Source: Candidatus Methylomirabilota bacterium (GTDB taxonomy: Bacteria > Methylomirabilota > Methylomirabilia > Rokubacteriales > CSP1-6). From it: a stretch of 64,000 nt of DNA. The stretch lies in assembly GCA_036556905.1 (NCBI GenBank), contig DATBIM010000156.1, positions 2,210 through 66,209 of the forward strand, in the 5' to 3' direction. The position numbers and the translations under genes are program-made. The notes beneath the pieces are model-generated. The model was given only the letters and a program-made list of their open reading frames with translations. It was not told where the DNA came from and did not search any database. Positions 9,659 to 19,340 of the stretch are shown here, piece by piece; positions within the stretch are counted from its first letter, which is position 1, and the number at the start of each line of letters is the position of its first letter.

Positions 9659-10636
9659 TCAGGCGAGCGCGCGCGCGGTTCTGGCGCGCAGGCGGGCAGC
9701 CACGCCGGCCAGGCCCTCGGGGACGAAGCGAACGACCAGAATGAGGACGCAGCCGTAGACGACCAGATAGATTCCCGTCAGGCCTGCCTGGACACCGGAG
9801 AAGGTGGCACGCAAGTACGTCTCGACGGAGGTGATGAGGATCGAGCCGAGGTAGGGGCCCAGGGCCGTCCCCATGCCGCCGATGATCGTGTGCAGCGCGA
9901 AGCGGACGGACAGGTCCACCGAGAAGACGTAGAACGGATCGACGAAACCGACGTATTGAGCCCACAGCGTTCCGCCCACCGAGGTGAGGGCGGCGCTCAG
10001 CGTGACCGCGAGGACCTTCAACCGGCGGCTGGGGATGCCGAGGGCCTCGGCGGCGTCCTCGTCCTCGCGCACGCCGGCGAGCCGGTAGCCAAGCCGGGAG
10101 CGCTCGAAGTAGAGCTGCACGAAGTAGTAGAGGATGGCCAGGGTCAGGGCCAGGTACACCCAGGCTACGTGGCTGAGCCCGAGCGTCCACAACCCCGGGC
10201 GGAAGGGCACGGGAATGCCCTCCGAGCCGGCCGTGAACCCTCGCCAGCGGCTGGCCACGATCAGGAGCACCTGGGAGAAGGCGATCGTCGACAGGGCGAA
10301 GTACGGGCCGCGGAGACGGTTGGAGAGATAGCCGATGACGGCGCCGGCCGCGAGCGAGACGGCGATCCCGACCAGCATCCCCAGCCAGGGGCTCTGCTGC
10401 CAGCGCGTGGACAGGAGCGCCGCCGAATAGGCGCCGAGGCCGAAGAAGGCCGAGTGACCGAGCGAGACCTGACCGGCATAGCCGCTGGCCACGTTCCAGG
10501 CGGCAGAGATGGCCCCCCACAAGAGGATCAGGATGACCGCGTCGAGGAAGAAGGCATCACGGACGACCAGCGGGATGAGCGCGGCGGTAGTGAAGAGGAG
10601 CCCGGCGCCCCACCGCCATCCGAGCAGGACCCGCAT
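9659..10636 (-). CDS. livM: branched-chain amino acid ABC transporter permease LivM
   Basis: Multi-TM LivM-like sequence. Start at ATG 10636, overlapping the livH stop (ATGA). Upstream part of the long ORF is low-complexity. Confidence 0.7.
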   Translation of the reverse strand: MRVLLGWRWGAGLLFTTAALIPLVVRDAFFLDAVILILLWGAISAAWNVASGYAGQVSLGHSAFFGLGAYSAALLSTRWQQSPWLGMLVGIAVSLAAGAVIGYLSNRLRGPYFALSTIAFSQVLLIVASRWRGFTAGSEGIPVPFRPGLWTLGLSHVAWVYLALTLAILYYFVQLYFERSRLGYRLAGVREDEDAAEALGIPSRRLKVLAVTLSAALTSVGGTLWAQYVGFVDPFYVFSVDLSVRFALHTIIGGMGTALGPYLGSILITSVETYLRATFSGVQAGLTGIYLVVYGCVLILVVRFVPEGLAGVAARLRARTARALA

Positions 10637-11550
10637 CAGGCGCCCAGCGTCTCGGCGCCCCGCTGGCCGAAGAGCCCGGCCGGCCGGAGCAAGAGGACCG
10701 CGATGAAGAGGATGAAATACAGCACTTCCTTCCACGCGGTGCCGATGAAATAGGAGCCGACGACTTCGACGAGGGCCACGATCAGGCTCCCGAAGAGCGC
10801 GCCCACCATGTCGCCGAGCCCGCCGAGGACCACCACCACGTAGGCGAGCAAGACGAACTGCAGGCCGGCGGTGGGGTACACCGCGTACAGCGGGGCCACC
10901 AGGACGCCGGCCACGCCCACGGCGGCGATGCCGATGGTCCAGGTGAGGCGATAGACGCGATCGGCATCGATGCCCATGAGTGTGGCCGCTTCCCGGTCCT
11001 GAGCCGTGGCCCGCATGACCCGCCCGGTGTGGGTCCACCGCATGAAGGCGAACAGGCCGATGGTCAGGGCCAGGGCGACCAGGAAAGCGACCACCTGAGA
11101 AAGGTTGAAGGCGACGTCGCCGACCCGGAGCACGACGAAGGAATGCCAGGGCCGCACCACGCGGTAGTCGCCCGTCCACAGCACCAGGGCCGCGTTCTGC
11201 AACGCGATGCTCAGCCCGACGGTGGTGAAGATCTGGACGTTGTGCGAGGCATGAATGACCCCCCGCATGATGAGGCCGTAACTGGCTAGCCCCACGACGA
11301 AGAAGACGGGGAGGGACAGAAACAGAGTGACATAGGGGTCGAGGGACGAGAAGGTGAACGCCCAGAAGGCCAGGTACATGCCGAGCATGAGGAACTCACC
11401 GTGGGCGAAATTCACCACGCGCATGATGCCGAAGATCAGGGTGAGGCCCACGGCGATCAGGGCATAGATGCCCCCTAACAGGACGGTGGCGACGCCGAGC
11501 TGGGCGAGGACGTCTATTTGCGCTGGTCCCAGGGCCCGAGCGGAATCCAC
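10636..11550 (-). CDS. livH: branched-chain amino acid ABC transporter permease LivH
   Basis: LivH-like N-terminus …LAQLGVATVLLGGIYALIAVGLTLIFG… Start tentatively GTG 11550, overlapping the livJ stop. Confidence 0.65.
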   Translation of the reverse strand: MDSARALGPAQIDVLAQLGVATVLLGGIYALIAVGLTLIFGIMRVVNFAHGEFLMLGMYLAFWAFTFSSLDPYVTLFLSLPVFFVVGLASYGLIMRGVIHASHNVQIFTTVGLSIALQNAALVLWTGDYRVVRPWHSFVVLRVGDVAFNLSQVVAFLVALALTIGLFAFMRWTHTGRVMRATAQDREAATLMGIDADRVYRLTWTIGIAAVGVAGVLVAPLYAVYPTAGLQFVLLAYVVVVLGGLGDMVGALFGSLIVALVEVVGSYFIGTAWKEVLYFILFIAVLLLRPAGLFGQRGAETLGA

Positions 11551-12788
11551 TTGGCCCGGAGGGTCGTGAACTCCTCGGGCCACACCGTGACCAGCTGGCC
11601 GCCCTGCCACTGCAGCATGTAGTGCTGGACGCGTTCGTTGGCGTTCTGGCCGTTCTCGGCGAATTTCATGCCCCAGCCGTTGATCCCCGAGCCCACCGGC
11701 AAATCCAGGGACATGACCGCGCTGCGAAACTTCTCGAGGTCGTCGCTGCCGGCCCGGTCGAGCACGAGCTTGAGGACCCACAGACCGCCGCCGGCCAGCT
11801 GGTGGCCGCCCAGCGGGTAGGAGCCCGTGCGCTTCTGCACGGCGTCACGGAACTCGCGCTCGATCTTCTGGCCCTCGGGTCGGAGCGCCTCCATCCGGAA
11901 GCCCGGCCCCGGCTCCAGCAGGGCGAAGACCCCGTTGGCGTCGGCGCCCAACGCCTTGCCGAAATCGGGCGAGCCGTAGCCGGTGGCGCCGGCATGGACC
12001 AGCGCTTTGAAGAGGAAGTTCTGCTCGCGGGCCTGTCGCCAGAAGAGCGGGGCGTCGTTAGTGTAGCCGATATGGTGGACGACGTCGGGATTGGCTTGCT
12101 TGTACTTCACGATGACGGGCGTGAAGTCGTTGATGGCCGTGAACGAGTAGTACTCAGTGCCCACCTCCTGCATGCCGAACTCTTGCTTGGCCCGCAGCCG
12201 CGCCGACTCGGTGACGCCCTGCCCATAGGACGAGTCTTCGGACAAGAAGGCGATCTTGAGCTGATTGGGGCGCAGGTTGAAGCGCGGGGCCAGGTGCTTG
12301 GCGATGAACTCGATGTTGTACCAGCCGAAGCCGGTGGCATCGATCTCGGTGCGGAAGACGGTCTTGAGGCCTCGCTTGTTGAAGCGGGGATCGACGCAGG
12401 AGGTCTCCCAGTAGATCACGTTGTGGCGGGCCGCCGCCTCGCTGGCCGCTCCGCACAGCCGCGAGGAGAACGTGCCGGTGATGATCTTGACACCCTCGCG
12501 CGTGATCAGCCGGTTGGCCTCGGTGGCGGCGGCGGTGGGATCGGGGGCGTCGGCGACGGTGAAGACGAGCCGCTTGCCCATCACGCCGCCCCGCTCGTTG
12601 ATCATGTCCCGCACGATCTCGTAGCCCTCGAGGTGGCGCTTGCCCTCGGAGGCCAGGGGCCCGGTCAGCGGCTCCAGGACGCCGATCTTGTATTCCCCCG
12701 AGAGGGGCTGGGCCTGGATGCCGCTCGACAGCGCGGCCACGGCGATGAGAAGGACGCTGGCAACGGAACCGACGGCACGCTGGCGCAT
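11514..12788 (-). CDS. livJ: ABC transporter substrate-binding protein (LivJ/LivK-like, PBP type I) with signal peptide
   Basis: N-terminal signal peptide and PBP1 pattern …YKIGVLEPLTGPLASEGK…. Confidence 0.7.
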   Translation of the reverse strand: MRQRAVGSVASVLLIAVAALSSGIQAQPLSGEYKIGVLEPLTGPLASEGKRHLEGYEIVRDMINERGGVMGKRLVFTVADAPDPTAAATEANRLITREGVKIITGTFSSRLCGAASEAAARHNVIYWETSCVDPRFNKRGLKTVFRTEIDATGFGWYNIEFIAKHLAPRFNLRPNQLKIAFLSEDSSYGQGVTESARLRAKQEFGMQEVGTEYYSFTAINDFTPVIVKYKQANPDVVHHIGYTNDAPLFWRQAREQNFLFKALVHAGATGYGSPDFGKALGADANGVFALLEPGPGFRMEALRPEGQKIEREFRDAVQKRTGSYPLGGHQLAGGGLWVLKLVLDRAGSDDLEKFRSAVMSLDLPVGSGINGWGMKFAENGQNANERVQHYMLQWQGGQLVTVWPEEFTTLRAKWIPLGPWDQRK

Positions 12789-12888
12789 ACGTGACCTCCC
12801 CGATGGCGAGAGAGAGCGCAGGATGTCGCCTGCCTTCTAACACCGCGTCACCGAAGGTGTCAAGGGACCGCGTGCTAGACTCGTTGAC

Positions 12889-13434
12889 GTGAGCGACGAT
12901 CCCGGTCCACGGTTCTTGGCGCCACACACCATCCACTTCTGCCCGCTGTGCGGCGGGCCCCTGGGCCGGGAGGCCGTACCGCCCGATCAGCGCGAACAGG
13001 CCGTGTGCTCGGCGTGCGATTTCGTCTTCTATCTCAATCCCAAAGTCGTCGCGGGCGCCATCCTCGAGCAGGACGGACGCGTGCTCCTCACCCGCCGCGC
13101 CATCAACCCCGGACGCGGCTTGTGGACCTTTCCGGGAGGCTTCGTCGATTTCGGTGAGACGGTGACAGATGCCGCGCTGCGCGAGACCTTCGAAGAGACG
13201 GGCCTTCACGTGGAGCTGACCGGCCTGCTGAACGTGTACTCCTACCCCGGCGCGCCGGTGATCATCGTCTACCGGGCGCGGGTGACGGGTGGGACCTTGA
13301 CGCCCTGCGACGAGAACGACGCCCTGGAGTGGATGAAGCTGTCGGAGATCCCCTGGGAGGCCCTGGCCTTCCCGTCCACGCGGGAAGCGCTGCGGGAGTG
13401 GGTGGGGCTCCGCGGCGAGCTGCCGGCCGGCTAG
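12889..13434 (+). CDS. NUDIX hydrolase with N-terminal zinc ribbon
   Basis: Nudix box GGFVDFGETVTDAALRETFEETG; CxxC…CxxC at the N-terminus; GTG start. Confidence 0.75.
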   Translation: MSDDPGPRFLAPHTIHFCPLCGGPLGREAVPPDQREQAVCSACDFVFYLNPKVVAGAILEQDGRVLLTRRAINPGRGLWTFPGGFVDFGETVTDAALRETFEETGLHVELTGLLNVYSYPGAPVIIVYRARVTGGTLTPCDENDALEWMKLSEIPWEALAFPSTREALREWVGLRGELPAG

Positions 13435-13877
13435 GCGACGGAGGAAAGCCGGGTCGGCAGCTGCAGCGTGGCCCGGCCGGTGACGACTTTCTCGCCCCGC
13501 TGGTTCTCGGCCCACACCTCCACCTCGACGACGTGCAGATCCCCCGTGGCCGTCTTGGCCAGCACGCGGGCCCGACACGTCACCGTGTCCTTGAGCCGCA
13601 CGAGCGCGGCGAAGCGGACGCTCAGCGTGCGCACCGTCCCGGGGCCGGCCCAATCGGTGAGGGCCTGGGCCACGAAGCCCATCGAGAGCATCCCGTGGGC
13701 GAACACCCCGCCCATCCCGGCGGCGCGGGCAAACTCCTCGTCCTGGTGGATGGGGTTGAAGTCCCCGGAGGCCCCGGCGTAGCGGGTGAGCTGGATCTGC
13801 TGGAGCGGCCCCTTGACGAGGGGCGGACCCTCGGCGCCCACCGCCACGTCTTCGTAGTAAAGCTTGCCGTACTTCAC
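13431..13877 (-). CDS. MaoC-like (R)-specific enoyl-CoA hydratase/dehydratase (hot-dog fold)
   Basis: …GDFNPIHQDEEFA…GGVFAHGM… MaoC motif. Confidence 0.7.
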   Translation of the reverse strand: MKYGKLYYEDVAVGAEGPPLVKGPLQQIQLTRYAGASGDFNPIHQDEEFARAAGMGGVFAHGMLSMGFVAQALTDWAGPGTVRTLSVRFAALVRLKDTVTCRARVLAKTATGDLHVVEVEVWAENQRGEKVVTGRATLQLPTRLSSVA

Positions 13878-14329
13878 AGCCGCACCACCGTCACCTGGCG
13901 CATGGTGGCCACGATGTCGTTGTCCCGATCGGTCACCGTCATCTCCCGCACCACGAAGCCCAGGGGGCCGGTGCGCCCGGGCTTCTCGTAGACATCGACC
14001 ACCCGCGTCCGGCAGAGCAGGGTCTCGCCCGGCGTGAGGGGACGGAACGACGCGAACTCCTGCTCGCCATGGAGCACACGGGAGATGTCCACGTCGAGAT
14101 CGCGGAGCAGCGCCGCCGAGTCGGAGGCCTCGTCGCGAAAGGTGACGGGAAAGGTGGGGGGCGCGATGATGTCGCCCCAGGGCGAGGCCCGCCCCACCGC
14201 GTCGTCGAGGTAGTGCGCGTTGAGATCGCCGATGGCCTGGGCGAACTCCTTGATCTTCACCCGCTCCAGGGTGACCGCGAAGGGCGGGTACTCCTTGCCG
14301 ACGATCTCCTTGTTGAGAGCGATGGGCAT
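13874..14329 (-). CDS. MaoC N-terminal-like hot-dog domain protein (HadA-like partner)
   Basis: 151 aa from Met 14329 (ATGA overlap with the upstream stop). Resembles the N-terminal pseudo-hot-dog half of two-part dehydratases. Confidence 0.5.
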   Translation of the reverse strand: MPIALNKEIVGKEYPPFAVTLERVKIKEFAQAIGDLNAHYLDDAVGRASPWGDIIAPPTFPVTFRDEASDSAALLRDLDVDISRVLHGEQEFASFRPLTPGETLLCRTRVVDVYEKPGRTGPLGFVVREMTVTDRDNDIVATMRQVTVVRL

Positions 14330-14724
14330 CAAGTCTGGCCCTTCTTCATGGCCCGCTCCAGGAATGTCTGGATGTCGGAGACCACGAAGCGCTCGTGGCG
14401 TCCCTCCGCGATCTTCTCCTTGTCGTCCCAGGCCTCCACCGCGAAGAGGTAGCGCCGACCGTCGGCCTGCAGGAGCGTGGCCCGGGCCCGCACTCGCATG
14501 CCGACCGGGGTGGCGGCCAGGTGCCGCATCTCCACCATCGTGCCCACGGTGCCCGCGCCCGGCGGCAGGTGGGGGTGGAGCACCGCTCCGGCGGCGTTCT
14601 CCAACAATCCCACCACGAACGGCGTGGCGAAGACGTGGACGCCCCGGTTGCCCATCGCGTCCGCAGTGTGGTCTGGCGTGACCGTGAGGGCGACCTCGGC
14701 GCTGGCTCCCGGGTCGAGATGCAT
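14329..14724 (-). CDS. hot-dog fold thioesterase-superfamily protein
   Basis: …VHVFATPFVVGLLENAA… pattern typical of small acyl-CoA thioesterase-like proteins. Confidence 0.5.
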   Translation of the reverse strand: MHLDPGASAEVALTVTPDHTADAMGNRGVHVFATPFVVGLLENAAGAVLHPHLPPGAGTVGTMVEMRHLAATPVGMRVRARATLLQADGRRYLFAVEAWDDKEKIAEGRHERFVVSDIQTFLERAMKKGQT

Positions 14725-14736
14725 GGCGCGCCACTA

Positions 14737-15468
14737 TTACCGCGAGATGAGGAGGAACTGCAAGCCCATGAGCACGAGAAAGACCTCCACCACGGCCAGG
14801 AACGCGCGATCGCTCATGCGGTCGAGGAGGCCACGGCCCAGCCAGGCCCCGACGAACATGACGGCGCCCAGTACCAGGCCGACGGCGACTGTCTCCCAGG
14901 TCATCAGGGCGAAGCCGGCGAAGGCCAGGCCCCGGGCCACGTGCATGCCCAGGGCGCACACGGACTCGGTTCCGATGTAGGCGCCGCGCCGCAGGCCGTA
15001 GGCGAGAAAGAACGGAGAGGCCACGGGGCCGGTGGCCACGACGATGCCGGACAGCACCCCGACGAGCGCGCCTACCACCGGGAAGTGGCGAAGCCGTACG
15101 GTGACGTTCCGGGTGAGCAGCAAGCGCCGCAGCGGCACCGAGGCGATGAGGAAGGCGCCCATGACCCAGCGCAGCGATTCTCCCGGGGCTCCGGCATAGA
15201 AGACGACGCCGAGGGCGGTCGCGGGGACGGCGCCGGCCAGGAAGCGGAGGGCCACGCCGGGGTGCACGTCACGTCGGCTCCACCAGATCCGCGACAGGTT
15301 GCCGATGAGCATGGTGACGGTGAGCACCGGCGCGGCGGCGCGGACGCCGACGGCCCAGACGAGCAGGGGCAGCAGGATCAGTCCGGCGCCGAAGCCGGCG
15401 ACGCCCCCGACGACCGAGCCGAGCACCGCACCGCCGAGCAGAAGAGCCCAGCCGAGGGGGTCAGGCAT
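14737..15468 (-). CDS. TSUP family sulfite/anion exporter (TauE/SafE)
   Basis: Two-repeat membrane protein with Gly-rich TM helices typical of TauE/SafE. Confidence 0.7.
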   Translation of the reverse strand: MPDPLGWALLLGGAVLGSVVGGVAGFGAGLILLPLLVWAVGVRAAAPVLTVTMLIGNLSRIWWSRRDVHPGVALRFLAGAVPATALGVVFYAGAPGESLRWVMGAFLIASVPLRRLLLTRNVTVRLRHFPVVGALVGVLSGIVVATGPVASPFFLAYGLRRGAYIGTESVCALGMHVARGLAFAGFALMTWETVAVGLVLGAVMFVGAWLGRGLLDRMSDRAFLAVVEVFLVLMGLQFLLISR

Positions 15469-15483
15469 CGCGCGTCCGCACTC

Positions 15484-16680
15484 GTGCCATCATACGCGAT
15501 CGTGGGCAGGGGGCTGGCGGGAGCGGGCGCCTTCGTGGTCTCGCTCGACTCCACCGTGAACATCGCCTTCCCGGCGATGGCGGCGGCCTTCGCCGTCCCG
15601 GCCGAACGGGTCCGCTGGGTCGTCATCAGTTACGTGCTCACGTACGCGCTGGTATCGTTCATCGGCGGCGCGGCGGGCGACCGTGTGGGCCACCGTCCGG
15701 TGTTCCTGGCCGGGATCGGGTTGAGCGCGCTGGGCTTTCTCGTCTGCGGCACGGCCACGAGCTTCACCATGCTGCTGGCCGGGCGCGTGCTGCAGGGGCT
15801 GGCGGGTGGGCTGGTCTACGGCACCGCGCCGGCGCTGGCGACGCTGGCCGCGGGGCCGGAGGCGCGGGGTCAGGCGCTCGGCTTCCTCAATGGAGCCATC
15901 GGCCTGGGCTTCGCCATCGGCCCCCTGATTGCGGGTGGAGTCGTGGACCGCGGAGGCTGGGAAGCGGTGTTCCTCCTGCGCGTGCCCCTGGCGGTGACCG
16001 TGCTGGCCTGGGCGATCGCGGCCGCTCCCCCAGTCCGGGGGCGTGTGGGCTCGCCGGTCTTGTTCCTGCGCGACGTCGCTCGCGCCAGCGTACTTGGCGC
16101 AGGCGCTCTCGCCTTCCTGGCCCAGGCCGGTATCTTCGCCATCTGGCTGCTCGGACCGTTCTATCTGATCGAGCGCCGGGGCCTGGACACGTTCTCGGGA
16201 GGCATGCTCTTCATGCTGACCCCATTGGGCACGGCCCTCGCCGCGACTCCGGCGGGCTGGCTCGCGGATCGGCTGGGGCCGTGGGCTCCCATGGCCGCCG
16301 GGCTCGGCCTGGAGGCGGCCGGACTGGGCGTGCTCTCCACCGCCGGCCCGGTAACGTCACCTGTCGTTCTGGGACTTGCCCTCGGCGCGGCCGGGCTGGG
16401 GCTGGGTCTCTTCCAGGTGCCCAACATGACGGCGTTGATGGCGCAGTTCCCGGCCGGCCAGCAAGGGGTCGCCGGAGGCTTTGCGTTTCTGGCCCGAACA
16501 CTGGGAACGGTCGCCGGCGTAGCGGTCCTCGCCCAGGTCTTCGCCGCGGTGCGGGTGGCCGCCGGCTTCGACGCCGCCTTCGCGCGGGCTTGTCTGGCGG
16601 CCGCCACCGCCGTCGGCCTGGCCGCGCTGGCAGCGCTCATCGTCGGGGTGGCCAGGCCACGGCGGGACCCGAGCGCGTGA
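15484..16680 (+). CDS. MFS transporter
   Basis: 12-TM MFS pattern. In-frame GTG start at 15484; no ATG available. Confidence 0.6.
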   Translation: MPSYAIVGRGLAGAGAFVVSLDSTVNIAFPAMAAAFAVPAERVRWVVISYVLTYALVSFIGGAAGDRVGHRPVFLAGIGLSALGFLVCGTATSFTMLLAGRVLQGLAGGLVYGTAPALATLAAGPEARGQALGFLNGAIGLGFAIGPLIAGGVVDRGGWEAVFLLRVPLAVTVLAWAIAAAPPVRGRVGSPVLFLRDVARASVLGAGALAFLAQAGIFAIWLLGPFYLIERRGLDTFSGGMLFMLTPLGTALAATPAGWLADRLGPWAPMAAGLGLEAAGLGVLSTAGPVTSPVVLGLALGAAGLGLGLFQVPNMTALMAQFPAGQQGVAGGFAFLARTLGTVAGVAVLAQVFAAVRVAAGFDAAFARACLAAATAVGLAALAALIVGVARPRRDPSA

Positions 16681-16691
16681 GCGGGGGCGCG

Positions 16692-17687
16692 ATGCCGGCG
16701 GGGGGCGTCGTCGTCTGGTTGCTTCTGGCGGTGGCCTTCGTGGCGCTTGATCTGAGCGGGATCGCGGAAGGTCTGGCGCTCCCGGTTCCCCTGGTCGTCG
16801 CGGCGGTGGTCGCTCGCGTTCTGGAGCACACACGCTGGGCCCGAGATCACGTAACGGGGCTGGCCCTCTCCGTGGCCGCGGTCTGCGCGGCGCTCGCTGC
16901 CATCACCTGGGCGTTCGAGCTAGAGCCCTTGGGGCTGGGCCCGGCCGAGATTGCCCTGGCCGCTCTCCTGGTGGCCGTGTTCGCCTCCCTGCTGGCGCCG
17001 ACGCGGCTCCGCGCCGCGCTGCTCCGCCCGTTGGGACTCGACCCCGCGTCGCCCGTCCACGCCGTGGCCGTCGTGGCCATGCTGCTGACCGTGCTGTCCT
17101 CGATCGCGCTGTTCGCGCAGCTGCAGGAGGAGCCCTCGGCGAGCGTGCCGTTTCACGCCACCGACTCGCTGGTCGCGGTGGCCTCCGACCTGGCCCTGGC
17201 CCTGGCCGGCATCGGCTTTCTCCTCACGCGCGACGCGCGAGCGGCTCTGGGCCGGCTCGATGTGCGGCCTCTCCGGCCGCGGCAGGTGGGATGGGCGCTG
17301 GCCACGGGCCTCCTGCTCAACGTCGCGGTGGCCGCTATGGAGTGGGTCGAGAGCCTGGTGCTCCCCGGGGTTCACGCGCTCGAGGACAGGTTCGACTACG
17401 AGTTCATCGGCATTCCCCCCGTGGTGGGTGCGGCCCTGGTGTCGCTGGCCGCCGGGGTGGGCGAGGAGGTCCTGTTTCGCGGGGCGCTCCAGCCCCGACT
17501 GGGCATCGGGTTGAGCGCCGCCCTATTCGCGATCCTCCACGTCCAGTACCAGATTCCCGGTATCCTCATGATCTTCGTCGTGGGCGTGGCTCTCGGCCTC
17601 GTGAAGCGGCGGACCTCGACGACGTTTACGATCGTCGTGCACGTGGTCTACGATCTGGTAGCGTTCCTGGCCGACATCTCGACCTAG
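16692..17687 (+). CDS. CPBP family intramembrane metalloprotease (CAAX protease / Abi-like)
   Basis: EEVLFRG and HVQYQ motifs in a multi-TM protein. Confidence 0.7.
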   Translation: MPAGGVVVWLLLAVAFVALDLSGIAEGLALPVPLVVAAVVARVLEHTRWARDHVTGLALSVAAVCAALAAITWAFELEPLGLGPAEIALAALLVAVFASLLAPTRLRAALLRPLGLDPASPVHAVAVVAMLLTVLSSIALFAQLQEEPSASVPFHATDSLVAVASDLALALAGIGFLLTRDARAALGRLDVRPLRPRQVGWALATGLLLNVAVAAMEWVESLVLPGVHALEDRFDYEFIGIPPVVGAALVSLAAGVGEEVLFRGALQPRLGIGLSAALFAILHVQYQIPGILMIFVVGVALGLVKRRTSTTFTIVVHVVYDLVAFLADIST

Positions 17688-17698
17688 GAGGAGCCGCG

Positions 17699-19309
17699 AT
17701 GGAGGTGCTGAGCCCGCTGGGGGTGGCTGACACCCGGCCCCGGCCACTGGCCAAGCGTCCGGCCCGCCTCGCCGGCTGCCGGGTCGCCGTCCTCGACAAC
17801 TCCAAGCCCAACGCCGACGTGCTGCTGGAACGGCTGGCCGAGCTGCTCGTAGCCCGGGCCGGTGTGGCCGAGGTCCGCCGCTGGCGCAAGCCGGGCAGCT
17901 CCCGAGCGGCCGAGGAGATCGACGCGATCGTCGCGGCCGCCGACGTCGTCCTCACCGGCTCGGCGGACTGAGGCTCCTGCACGTCGTGGAGTATCCACGA
18001 CGCGGCGCAGATCGAGGGGCGGGGAGTCCCCACCGTTGTCCTCGGCACCGACCTGTTCGCCTCGCTGGGCCACAGTGCCGCCGCGGCGCTGGGCCTGCCC
18101 GACCTGCCCCTCGTGACCGTCGCCCACCCGATCGGGGGCGTCGATCCCCATGCCGTGGCGGCCCGCGCTGACGGCGTCCTCGACGCCGTCGTGGCGGCGC
18201 TGACCCGAGCGCCGGCGCACTCGCCCGCCGCGGCGCCCGGTGCGGTGGCCCTGCTGGCCGCCCCCGATGACATCGACGCCTTTCAGGAATTTGCTCTGGC
18301 CGAGGGCTGGGGCGACGGGCTTCCCGTGCTCCCGCCCACTCCTGAGCGAGTCGCGCGTGTGCTGGCCGGCCAGCGTGGCGACCAGGTCGTGGCCACCTTG
18401 CCGCCTCGGCGGGGCGTGGCGACGCTCGAGGCCATTGCGGTCAACGCCGCGCTGGCCGGCGCCGGGCCCGAGCAACTGCCCCTGATCGTGGCCGCCGTGC
18501 GCGCCGTCGCCGACCCCCGCTTCAACCTGGACGCGATCCAGGCCACCACCCACCCCTGCACGCCGCTGGTGATCGTCAACGGCCCCCTCGCTCGGCGCCT
18601 GGGCGTGCACAGCGGAGCCAACGCGCTGGGCCAGGGTCACCGGGCCAATGCGGTCGTGGGCCGCGGGCTGCGGCTCACGCTGCAGAACGTGGGCGGGGCC
18701 CGGGCCGGGCAGGGCGACCGCGCCACGCTCGGGCACCCCGGCAAGTTCACGTACTGCGTCGCCGAGAACGAGGCGGAGTCGCCCTGGGAGCCGCTGCACG
18801 TGGAGCGCGGCTTCGATGCCGCGGCGAGCTGCGTGACGGTGTGCGGTGCCGAGGCGCCCCACAACGTGAATGACCACGGCTCGACGTCCGCCGAGGCTTT
18901 GCTGCTGGCCCTGGCCGGCACCGCGGCGACCACCGGCAACAACAACATCTATCTGGGCGGCGAGCCGCTGATCCTCCTCGGTCCCGAGCACGCGCGGACG
19001 ATCGCCGGATCGGGCTGGTCCAAGCGCGATCTCAAGCGAGCATTGTTCGACCGCGCGCGGGTGCGCCTGGGGGCCTTCAGCGCGGAGAACCTGGCCCGCT
19101 TCGCCACGATCGATCCCGCGCGCTTCCGCGGCCGCTCGCCCGACGACACCGTCACCGTGGCCGTCACGCCGGACGACGTGATGGTGGTGGTGGCGGGGGG
19201 GCCCGGCAAGCACTCCGCCATCGTCCCCACGTTCGGCGCGACGCGCGCGGTGACCGTGCCCGTCGAGGCCCCGGGCGACGCGCCGGTTGCGGGGCCCCGC
19301 TCGCGGTGA
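17699..19309 (+). CDS. UGSC-motif selenoprotein fused to a ~400 aa domain of unknown function (in-frame UGA = Sec at 17969-17971)
   Basis: Same frame continues through TGA 17969-71 (…DVVLTGSAD-U-GSCTSW…). Both flanks are homologous to the stand-alone UGSC protein at 20429-20959. A hairpin follows the UGA. RBS AGGAGG before ATG 17699. Confidence 0.6.
17978..18010 (+). promoter_or_regulatory. candidate bacterial SECIS hairpin for UGA 17969
   Basis: GTCGTGG-AGTAT-CCACGAC (extendable), starting about 11 nt after the UGA. Confidence 0.5.
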
Positions 19310-19340
19310 TAGCGTGGCCGGCGCGAAAGGGAGGAGCCTC

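Noticed and set aside
14395-15483. 5' two-thirds of the 761-aa plus-strand ORF upstream of the MFS gene
   Set aside because: His/Gly/Asp-rich low-complexity sequence opposite the TSUP gene. Only the part from GTG 15484 looks like a membrane transporter.
18113-19309. Alternative reading of the region after TGA 17969 as an independent gene starting at GTG 18113
   Set aside because: The 48 in-frame codons upstream of 18113 are conserved relative to the second UGSC gene and follow an SECIS-like hairpin. I cannot strictly exclude this reading without orthologue comparison, so the fusion call carries only moderate confidence.
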